From Eukaryota sp. GEM-RC1 (Eukaryota), in contig JAUFOQ010000017.1 in NCBI GenBank assembly GCA_040285855.1, positions 1,240,001 to 1,304,000 on the forward strand: DNA of 64,000 nucleotides, given 5' to 3'. Under the pieces are notes generated by a model. It had not been told where the DNA came from, made no database searches, and was given only the letters and a program-made list of their open reading frames with translations. Made by a program: the position numbers and the translations under genes. The stretch's first letter is position 1. The number at the start of each line of letters is the position of its first letter. Of the stretch, positions 25,644 through 35,361 are shown one piece after another.

Positions 25644-25907
25644 AATTATTTAAACATGTATTTTAGAGTCCGTTTAGGCACTTAAATTTCTACAGTCTAC
25701 TGTTGCTTTAATGTATCCCTCGAATTGAAATCGAATGACAAGTCTCTTCCAGCTCCTGTGAGACTCTATAGATTGCTGACTGTATTTGCTGCAATGCGTT
25801 ACTGTCAAAATTCTACGAACGAAAGAATTAAAATATTGATGCTGTGTCTAAAAAAAGTCGATTTAGATAACATATTGAACGACAACTTATGGGCCAATAC
25901 AAGTATT

Positions 25908-27236
25908 TTATTCATCAGAAAAAGAAACTTCAGCTGCATCGACACTTTCAGCTACAAATAGCAAGTCATTTCTCTGTGAAGGATCAACATATCGTTTCAA
26001 ATAAAACTCTTTCCAAACATAATCCATCACGTCATCAACATCTGACTCCTTAACCATGGCAATACAATTCCCACCAAATCCTGCACCAGTCAACCTTCCT
26101 CCCAGTACAGACGGATGACCAAGCATCACTGATAATAGTAAATCAATGTTAGGGGATGAACACTCGTAATTGTCTCGAAGGGAGTCTTGACTTTGATTCA
26201 ATAGCTTTCCAAGAACTGTACAAATATTTAAATTGTCTCCTCCCAAAGAAGATAAATGATCAAATTCCATAACTCTTTGAAATTCTGTAACAACGTGCAA
26301 TGCTCGTTTGAAAGGTTTGTAGTAGATATCAAAGGGATTGGTGGATGTAGCAAATGCATTTTTTAAAATTTTTGATTGAATGATGTCTGTTGAAATGTTT
26401 AACATTTCGGAAATTTCGAGCAAACTTAACGGTCGTTGAGGAATTGCACTTTGCAACACTTCTATCATGGCAGATGCTTCATAAACTTCCCCGGCATAAA
26501 AGACATCCCGTAGAGACAAAATTTCAAAAATATCATCAAGATTCAAAAATTTGGCAACAAATACACACGCCATCCTCATTTCAACAACACGTAGATTATA
26601 TTTCAAATCCTTGGATTCCGCTTTATGACACTCTTCCAACGAATGTGCTACAATGAACTTAACACAAGAGGGAAGTAAATTTGAGTGACATCTCAAGGGA
26701 GAGAAAGATATGTAAGAGTAATGGGATCGCTTGGCATTTAGAATGACTGCTTGGTCCATCCCACCACTTAGAGTGCCACAGAATTGTTCAGCTTTGCGTG
26801 TGAGTTCAGCAAGAACCATACGGTCGGTAATGGGTTGGGATAGGAAAAAGTAATTGAAGATTAACATGAAAGAAACTACAATGGCAGAGCTTGAACTTAA
26901 ACCAGAGGCGATAGGGATGGTAGAGTGACAAGTGACATTGAGACCTGAAGAAGTAAGAGGTGAAGATTGTAGATGGTGTATTCCTTTCAATGCACAAATG
27001 GCATATGAAGCAAGATTGGGTTTTGAACACGTTATGGGGCTATTAGAGAGATTATTGGGATCATCAAGTGAGATATCAAAGGTCTGGTTGTTGATCGTTA
27101 TGTGAATGGTGTTGGATTCTGTTTTCTTAACTTCGGCAGTGAAATACCTATTAATTGCAAAGGGGAGAACTTGGAAGTGAGAATAGTCTACGTGTTCGCC
27201 AATGATATTGACTCTTGAAGGTGTGCGAATAATCAT
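25908..27236 (-). CDS. GALK: Galactokinase / N-acetylgalactosamine kinase, copy 2
   Basis: Same GHMP motifs as copy 1; retains YNLRVVE. Confidence 0.93.
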   Translation of the reverse strand: MIIRTPSRVNIIGEHVDYSHFQVLPFAINRYFTAEVKKTESNTIHITINNQTFDISLDDPNNLSNSPITCSKPNLASYAICALKGIHHLQSSPLTSSGLNVTCHSTIPIASGLSSSSAIVVSFMLIFNYFFLSQPITDRMVLAELTRKAEQFCGTLSGGMDQAVILNAKRSHYSYISFSPLRCHSNLLPSCVKFIVAHSLEECHKAESKDLKYNLRVVEMRMACVFVAKFLNLDDIFEILSLRDVFYAGEVYEASAMIEVLQSAIPQRPLSLLEISEMLNISTDIIQSKILKNAFATSTNPFDIYYKPFKRALHVVTEFQRVMEFDHLSSLGGDNLNICTVLGKLLNQSQDSLRDNYECSSPNIDLLLSVMLGHPSVLGGRLTGAGFGGNCIAMVKESDVDDVMDYVWKEFYLKRYVDPSQRNDLLFVAESVDAAEVSFSDE

Positions 27237-28617
27237 AAAAAACAGAAAACAAACTAAAGAAAAACTTTTCAGAAATGAAATGCGTTGAATCAGTTTCACT
27301 GTAGTAGAAGATACTAGAATCTGCGATGTGAGCTATCAACAGTGAATCAAATGTAATTTAGAACGAGAAGAATATTAAATCGTGAATTCAATTACAAAGA
27401 CAACAATAGCCCTTGATATTAGACGAATTTGGTTCGCTAATCACGTTATTTGAAACAGAGTTTATGAATGAGACGGACTGTAATAAGTATCAAAATAATA
27501 GCTACGAAGCTCTCGACACTGAACATATTGGAGCCACAGTTCTCATACAACATACTGACAAATATTCAAATAAGGGTAATGGAATCAAGTCCTGGCCCCA
27601 GATGTTCAAGTACTTCAAATTTAGTCTGCACAATTGCCTAATGGAATTCAAATTGTAGGAATTTGGCTAAACAAAACTTGAAATACAAAGAAAAGTTTTC
27701 ATTGCTTCTAGTAGTGGCTGATCCAGATCATACAACTTCCTTATCATGTATATAACATGTGTTTGACACGTCACAGGGATATGCCTTGATAAGATGAAGT
27801 CACTTGATGGTAAACGTGTAAGGATGTAGTCAACACCGTGTACAGTTGTAAAAGTAGGGGATGTTGGTGCAAGAATTGGATGGGAACACAAGTATCCATC
27901 ATAGATAGAAGCACGCTGCTATTAGATCAATGAGAACGACTTGACGCTACTCAGGAACAGCGAGAAGTAGTTGCATCTGACCCAAAATGAATTAAATGAA
28001 TTCTCTGGAAAAAGAAGATTGAGAGAGGAAGGGAAAGCAATGCTACGAGCCTGTTTGACAACAAAGGGTAGGATTGTAAGGGCAAATGAAGAGATCTAGC
28101 ATATGAAACAATCTCTCTCCTTAATAGGTACAATAGTACGAGCAATGACAGAACGCAATTGAAGGTCATGATACGATGTGGATGTTAGAGCTAAAACACG
28201 GTTAGGGCAAATGATGTGATCACTGGCGGTATATAAGAGTTGATTAGGACACCAATATATGTTCCATCTCATACGAGGAGGATGTTAGAGCTAGAACACA
28301 CTTGCAAGAAAAAAAACCAATGGAAGCGTGTTAGCACTGATATGACAATAAGGCCTGTCCGCTATACAAGCCGCCCTCAAGGCATTATAGAGAAGATAGA
28401 GATAGAGAAGATAAAGGCTTAAGACAACCCTAAAGTAGTATTTTATTAAAGCCATGAACATGAGAAAGACTCATCAGCTATTTAGAGGATTGTTGGAAAA
28501 AGTCTATCACAAGCACTAGTGGTAGCAGTAAAAAGTGAAAAGAAAACTGTTGGCAAAATCAAAATCCCCTATGACACGGAATCCTGCTGAGAGGAAAGTG
28601 ATGAACAATCAATTACA

Positions 28618-29193
28618 ATGTCGACAGTGACTTATTTCCGTCTCATGACTCCATCAGGTTTGTTGATGTCTCACACAATAAGAGGTTCCAATCCTCCTCG
28701 GCTGGATGTTTCATATCCAGTTGAGACTGAAAGTTCCGTCCTTTCAGTTATGTGTTCAGGAGGTTCCAATCCTCCTAACACTATAAGAGGTTCCAATCCT
28801 CCTCGGCTGGATGTTTCATATCCAGTTGAGACTGAAAGTTCCGTCCTTTCAGTTATGAATTTGGGTGGGGACTACGGCCCTAACCCAGGATTAACAACTC
28901 AGGGCAGTTGCAGAGAAGAGGCTTATAGCTTGATATCTGCAACTCCTGATGAGTTAATACCGCAGTGGTCCGTGTCTTGTTGTAAAACTCGACAAAAGCA
29001 ATTCACTTTTGATTTGGAGAATACACACAATTTCAAATTTTGTTTGATTCATTTGTTTGTGAAAGATTTAACCAACGATGGTGATATCGAGTCGAATCCC
29101 GGACCGGTATCATTTAACTCACATGAATTTGAAGACATAACATTGTTGTCTGAATGTGAATGGTTAGAGCTATTCCATCTTCTTTTTCCATAA
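28618..29193 (+). CDS. N-terminal segment with 35-aa repeats and 2A (StopGo) peptide
   Basis: FVKDLTNDGDIESNPGP matches the D(V/I)ExNPG-P consensus exactly (29083-29106). Confidence 0.8.
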   Translation: MSTVTYFRLMTPSGLLMSHTIRGSNPPRLDVSYPVETESSVLSVMCSGGSNPPNTIRGSNPPRLDVSYPVETESSVLSVMNLGGDYGPNPGLTTQGSCREEAYSLISATPDELIPQWSVSCCKTRQKQFTFDLENTHNFKFCLIHLFVKDLTNDGDIESNPGPVSFNSHEFEDITLLSECEWLELFHLLFP

Positions 29194-29232
29194 ATAATAT
29201 CAGTTTGGATTACCCACTCACCAATCAAACTA

Positions 29233-29720
29233 TTGGATTTTTATCATGTATATAACTTTCTAACGTTAGAGAAAGATGTTATTTATCATGATATAAGAGA
29301 AAAAAATGCAGATTGTCGGCTTGTTCTTATTCTCATGAACAATGGTATTATAGACGGATTTGCTGGAACTCACTGGGGACTATGTGTTATAGATTTCATG
29401 ACTGAAACGTTATACTTCATGGATTCTATTTCTAACAGTGATTTGTTGTCCTCAAAAATTGATTTTATACAATCGTTTTGCCCAAACAACTTTTACCATT
29501 GTCACATTAATTCTGTGAAACAGGACAATGGTTATGATTGTGGCATATTTGTTCTGTATTTTATTGAAGTTTTATTTAAGACATTTAACGTTGAAACAAT
29601 TGATCACATTGATCACTGTATAATGATGACAGATTTTCAAAATGAAATTATGCATCATCAATTTGATCCCTCTCAATTTCGTATCAGATTGAACTTAAAA
29701 CTGGACAGCCACGTTAATCC
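29233..29720 (+). CDS. Ulp1/SENP (C48) cysteine protease domain, SENP8/DEN1-like
   Basis: GTHWGLCVID (His 29371), YFMDS (Asp 29422), KQDNGYDCGIFVL (Gln and Cys 29539). Confidence 0.88.
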
Positions 29721-29747
29721 AGGAAAAGGCTTGCCACTGTCAGCAAT

Positions 29748-32700
29748 ATGCCTCCAAGAAAACAAAAACGATCAAACAATAATAATGAAAACGAACCCCA
29801 ACTGGTGAAAAAACCAATTGGGCGTAAATGTTCAAAGTGTAGAAACACTGGTCATGATATAAGAAAATGCCCATTGGCAGTAAAAACAAGTGAAAAAACA
29901 AACGAAAAAGAATCACCAGTTAAGTCTAAAAAAAGAAAAGATCCTTTCGAAAACGTAACCTTAATGTTAGATCACAAACACTCGATTAAGTGCATTTTTG
30001 TGAAAATGATCGAAGCTTCAGCAGCTATTAAAGAAACTAAAAAAGAAAAAGAGAAAAAAATAATCACATCAATTATCACTCAAACAGTTCAAGTCCAGGA
30101 CCAAGTAATTACAATTGTAGAATCAATTATATTCACTACACAACAAAGTTGCGATTCAGTTCTGTCACCTAATTCTGAGCATGCTAGAGTGAATGTTCAA
30201 GCGTTTAATCAAGAGGAATCTATAATTAGTGCGTTTAATGATTATTTAGTTTTAACTGACTGTGGTCTGATAATTGGTTATGATGCAAGTTCTACGATGG
30301 ATGAATTTAATTTAAAATCAGAGAATTGTTCAATTATTCAGTGTCCTCTTTTTTACAAATATTTTTTAAAACAATTCAAAAATTCAAAAATTCAGTTAAT
30401 AGATTTGGGCCGTGTTATTAGAAATTATTACAGACCTAGAACTGGAAAATCTTTGAATTGGGTTACTGTTGTAAAGAACATTTTAAAAAATGAAAGTTAT
30501 TCAGTTCCCACACCAGTTTCTACAGATTTCACCATTGAACAAAACTTGAACTGTTTACGTGAACATTTTAACGATATTGTTGAATTACAAAGCCTTTTTG
30601 TGTATTTCCTTCAAGTCGAAACACAAGAATTGCTGAAATGCCCGGGTGAAAAAACGGTTATAGTAACCCTAAAATCTGTTTGGACTGATAACAACATATT
30701 GGTAGATGAAATTTCTATAAATCATCACCGAATTAAACAACGTGCATTGCTGCTACTTCAAGGCTTTTGCATGAACTCTTTTGATAATCAGGAATTGAAT
30801 CCAGTAGAATGGACCAAAGAAAGTGTCCACCAATTGCTCTGGACTATTGGATTCTTGTCTCCATTAGCTCATCAAAGATTTAAAAATGAGGAAAATATTG
30901 ATGGAAGTGAAATTCTCAAATGGGTAACTGAGATTGTTCAAAGTACTCCAGGCAAAAAGCACAATGCTTTAAAAATTCAACTCGGATGCTTCTATATCCA
31001 ACATCTTCTCCCCGTGGATATGGAAATTCCCAATGTCAAGTACTCTGATATGTCTCGTACATTAAGTTATACAGCTACTGAGATTGTTACAATGTATCAA
31101 AATAATATTTCATCCCATTTTATTGAATATTTGGAAAAAACATGGGAACTCTTCTTTAATTTAAATGGACAACTAAAAATTATTAAAAACAATGCACTTA
31201 AAAAAGTCGAAAAAGACCAGTTGCAAAAGTTGTCCAATAATATCCTTAAAGAAATTTTAGAAGGCAGAGGATCCGATATTGATTTTACCGAGATCTGGCA
31301 AAATCCATCAGATGAACATCAAAATTTCATTACATTTGTCAAAAACTTTAAGCCAGACTCTAAAGGACTCAAATACCAATTAAAGGTAAAGCCTTTGGAG
31401 CTCTTACCAGAGGCCTTCGTTCTCAACAAATTGATTGAGAATAACCCTTCCTGTAATGAGATTCCACCAAAGATGTACCGCATGTTTCCACAATCCACCA
31501 GCTTAATTCCTGATCACCTTCGATTGGACACGTAAGCTATGATTAAATTATTCAAACCTCAAGTTCAAGGTTATAATCTAACACATCTGACCAAAAACAT
31601 TAATTTATTTAAAAATGAAATTTGGAGCCAGTATTTGAATCTTGATCACAAATACTTGAACACTTTCAAAAGATGTATTCATTTGGTCACCAGATAACTA
31701 CCAATGGTGAATCAATCAGTCTCATGATGACCAGAAATGATCTACTGTTCAAACCATACTCTGCCAAGTCTCCGGAGGAAAAAGAGGAGTATGTGGAAGA
31801 TTTACATCCTGAAAAATTAGAGGATTTTAAAAAATAAAAAAAGTCGTGGTAGGGGACCCTAACCAATGGGATATTCTGTACTTGGTTGGAAGAAAAACCC
31901 AGGAAGAAATTGATAATTCTGGGCATTGTGCTCCCCACTTGACCCAAAAATCTCAAAAACATATGAAAAGAAGAGATTGAAAGAAATTAAAAGGCATAAA
32001 GCCCAGTTCCAAAAAGAGAATGATGAGGTCAAAAAATCAAGTAAAAAGAGACCATTTCAAAAGAAAAATCAATTCAAAAAAATGAGATATACTCAAGGAA
32101 CTCGAAGGCACGAAGGAAAACAAAAAAAAATACAATGTATTTCAGAACCAAGCCTTCAATAACTATTCTTTTACCGAAATTTCAGGAAGACAACTGACAG
32201 CTGAACAGATTCAGACAGAATTTTCAGAATTTACTTCCAAAACAACAAAGTTTTCAAAATTTAAAGCTTACGTCCAACAATTCTACAAGTATGCAAATAG
32301 AATGGAGTCTCTGTACCATCAATCTAAATGGCGCAAATGGAGCTATTGGAAATCAGTATACAAGGAAAAAAGTGAACGTAAAATGCTCCATCGATTCCGT
32401 CAAGTTTACGGAGATCCAACCAACACGTGGTTGGCCATAGGTGATTGGAGTCAGTCAAGGCATAGGAAATACAAGCCTCCAACCATGGGGAAAGGATCAA
32501 GAAAGTTGTTCAAAAAGCTGGCTATCAGGTTCTTCTGGTTAACGAATTCAGGACATCTCTTCAGTGCCACGGATGTTCTGAGAACAACGATGACGAAGGG
32601 GAAACGGAAACCTTCCTTAAAGTCAAGGATCCAAACTTCAGGAAGAAGAAGCGAAGAGTTGAAAAGAAGGCAAATCGCCTATCAGCGCTGATGAATTGGT

Positions 32701-33017
32701 CTAGTTGGACGGACGAAGATGACAAGCTGTTGTGGCAGGAAGAGGCAGATGAAGTCAAGTGTTGGGGTTTAGTGCGTTGTAAAAAATGTCATAAACTCTG
32801 GAATCGAGACTTCAATAGCTGTTTGAATATTCTGAAGATTGTTGAGTGTACTCTCGCTGGTGAGGATCGACCAATGTGTTTCTCCGACAAGTTAGCTGAA
32901 GAAAGACGGAAGAGAGCAGCAAAGAGTACAAACAACAATGAAGATTCAATAACAGAAACAGTGGCGGACCCGCAAGGGATAGAACCGCCACAGCCCATGT
33001 GCACTGAATGTAGATGA
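29748..33017 (+). CDS. Zinc knuckle + degenerate exonuclease-like domain + Fanzor1 (TnpB-family RuvC) nuclease; interrupted in this assembly
   Basis: CSKCRNTGHDIRKC knuckle; Fanzor1-type motifs LSYTATEIVTMYQNNISSHF, FPQ..IPDHLRLDT, ITTNGESISL; RuvC-I VVVGDP (31855); MRYTQ; LAIGDWS..PPTMGKG; RuvC-II VLLVNEFRTSLQCHGC (32544); zinc ribbon CKKC; RuvC-III WNRDFNSCLNI (32808). One TAA at 31533 plus several frameshifts, mostly in A runs. Confidence 0.88.
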
Positions 33018-33100
33018 ATGTCCATATATCGTTACATCTTAGGAGAAATTCACAGAAAATGAATTAAGAAAACTACTCTTGACAACTCTCTTTTGAAATG
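32955..33100 (+). ncRNA. Candidate Fanzor omegaRNA (scaffold plus start of guide)
   Basis: GTGGCGG/CCGCCAC stem enclosing a CCC-GCAA-GGG tetraloop hairpin; AATTCA/TGAATT hairpin; located at the ORF 3' end and element right end. Confidence 0.55.
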
Positions 33101-33779
33101 AACAATTGCTGAGTCACCGTCTTGTAAACTAGCTATTGGTGATCTTTGCGTGTAAAGACAGAAGCATTTTCGAAAAGACTATTGTTTGATATTGTTGATC
33201 AATTTTCCAACACTGTTTTGAGCTACATTTTCTACCTACAAAGAGAGTTTGCTGTCGATATTTTTGATGTATCTTAAAGATTATAACTTGTACCCTGAAA
33301 CACTAATTAAAGAAACATATTAAATAATATCCAAAGTAAGTAACAAAAACAGTCATCAGAAATTCCAATGTTTGATTTTACATTGTACTTTTGAAATGAG
33401 TTGTTTGAAATATTCAGAATCGGTTTGAATGGATACTACAATGGTAATTCCTTGTTTTTAATTCCTTGTTTTTTTTAATTTTCTAAATCACGTCAATTAA
33501 TCATCCAGAAACACTAATGATCCGAGCCAATCATTTATTCGCGTTGATTTGCCAACTGAGTAAACACATATTCTAGTCAAACGTTTGTATTAGAAACAAT
33601 TGAAAATTGCACAAAATCTACATTGTTTCCGTTTGACTAATTTAACAAATTTTGAAAGTGGTAAACATGGTCTTATAATCAAGACAGTTAAAAACAAAAT
33701 TAGTAACAAATGAAAAAACAATATGATAAGCAGAAATTTGAAAAATTGGTTCCATCATTACTGAAAATTAGTAGAACCA

Positions 33780-34440
33780 TTGAAGTAAAACGTGAATTCG
33801 TAACAAAATGATTGTGAGTTTTCTATAACACACATCCTGAACCAACACAATTAAAAAATGTCCAATTACTATTAAAGATTTGATAGTTGAATAACCGATT
33901 CAAAACTTTTTGCAGTTTCAATCAGCAACTTTTCAACTTCTGGTATTTCCTTTACCTTACAAAACACCTGTAATTCAACAACTAACTCCTCTTCTTCAGC
34001 CAAACGATACACAAGCATCTGCTGGTTTGAAAAGAATAACAGCTGCCTTTCTTAGTTCGATTTCCAATCTCTGAAAATCCCAGAGACCGAAGAAAGCTCT
34101 TTGAAGAAGAGCCATACATGTGAGAAGTATTGAAGGATTCTATTTTTATCCTTAGTGAAGTTCGTTGAGGGAGAGAGTGGAGGATGATGGTTCTGTCAAG
34201 GTCTGATGAACAGTCTTTTGATCGATCAGGATGAAGACAGCTTGATGGATGTCAGGAAGTTGAGTACATCTAAATAAGGTTTCTTTCACGTCAAAATTGA
34301 CTGGGACAGCTGAGAATATATTGAGAAGATCAGTGAGTTTGTGAAGATCTGAGGAAGAAATAACTCCACGAAGACAGCATCTTACTTCAATAGAGCTGGA
34401 GAAAGGTGGGAAAAAGAGAGGCATGTGTGAAGCCAACAAT
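33780..34440 (-). CDS. Hypothetical protein, fragmented
   Basis: Coding-like composition and a 95-aa ORF with apparent continuation across frame breaks; no recognisable motif. Confidence 0.3.
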
Positions 34441-34745
34441 TAATTCAAGATTTCGTTGAACACTTATTTGTGTTTCATGACGAAAGATTGCAGTGTTGTG
34501 ACTATACTACCTATATCTAATCGTTGTTGTTTCACTTAAAACCACATGTGTTTTGGAAAACTGTTGTTCTCAAATATGAAAAGCTTCTTGAAAAAACGCA
34601 AATGCATTCACAATGTTGTTCACCACGCAAAAGTTCACATTTTGGTTTAATTACTAGTAATTCTTATAAACAAAAATTGAATATTTTAAACAAAAAATGT
34701 CTGTAAATAACTTGCTCCCAACACAAAAGTCAGCCCAAAGTTCTC

Positions 34746-35255
34746 TTAAAATCGGCCTCTAAATCGTCTACCTCTGCCCCTTCCTCGACCTCTACCCCTA
34801 CTCATGTTTGGTAGGTTTGTCCTTTTAGCTACAACAGCAATCTGTCTACCATTATCCTTGATGATACTATCATTAAGTGCAAGAGCGGCTTCGGCCTGAG
34901 ATTTCTCTGAGAACTCAATATACGCAAAGCCTTTTGGTTGTCTCATGGGATTCACTGGAAGAGTTACACGTTCAATGTTACCGCACGCTGAGAAATGATC
35001 TTCTAGTTCAGCTGATGTGGTTGCAGGACCAAGATTTCCAACGAAGATGCTCCGACTGTCTACTTCCTCCTTTTGTGCCCACGATATCTGTGGTTTAGGC
35101 GACGGAGTAACAGATGGTTGGCGAGCTGCTGCAGGAGAAGATGGTTTGTTGACTTCGGTCAATTTTTCGGCTTCTGATTGAAGTTGACGTAGTCTTTCCT
35201 GGTACTCTTGATATTTGTCAGATACAGAAGAGGTTTCAGTCGTTGTGTCAGACAT
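34746..35255 (-). CDS. PABPN1: Nuclear poly(A)-binding protein (PABPN1/PABP2)
   Basis: KEEVDSRSIFVGNL, PKGFAYIEF, VVAKRTNLP, RG-rich tail. Confidence 0.88.
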   Translation of the reverse strand: MSDTTTETSSVSDKYQEYQERLRQLQSEAEKLTEVNKPSSPAAARQPSVTPSPKPQISWAQKEEVDSRSIFVGNLGPATTSAELEDHFSACGNIERVTLPVNPMRQPKGFAYIEFSEKSQAEAALALNDSIIKDNGRQIAVVAKRTNLPNMSRGRGRGRGRGRRFRGRF

Positions 35256-35361
35256 TTGTATTGTGTTTAAGGTGTGTGTCTGGTTGAAAAGAAATTGGAA
35301 TTCCACTTTGATCTTTTTGACTCTACCTGACCACTACTTTGTAGTACAACCTCTAACTTAA

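Larger units (their letters stand above)
20107..30125. repeat. Tandem segmental duplication (copy 1 about 20107-25643, copy 2 about 25642-30125)
   Basis: AAATTATTTAAACATGTATTTTAGAGTCC restarts at ~25642; galactokinase, upstream region and the 5' part of the Fanzor unit are all repeated. Confidence 0.92.
28432..33080 (+). mobile_element. Fanzor1-encoding non-autonomous transposon-like element
   Basis: Contains the Fanzor ORF; candidate 9-bp TSD GACAACCCT (28423-28431) / GACAACTCT (33081-33089) and short imperfect TIRs. Boundaries are inferred; no DDE transposase was seen inside. Confidence 0.75.

Noticed and set aside
29150..29205. Intron removing the TAA after the 2A
   Set aside because: The only GT..AG candidate seen (41 nt) lacks the CTAA branch motif of host introns and does not preserve the protease frame.
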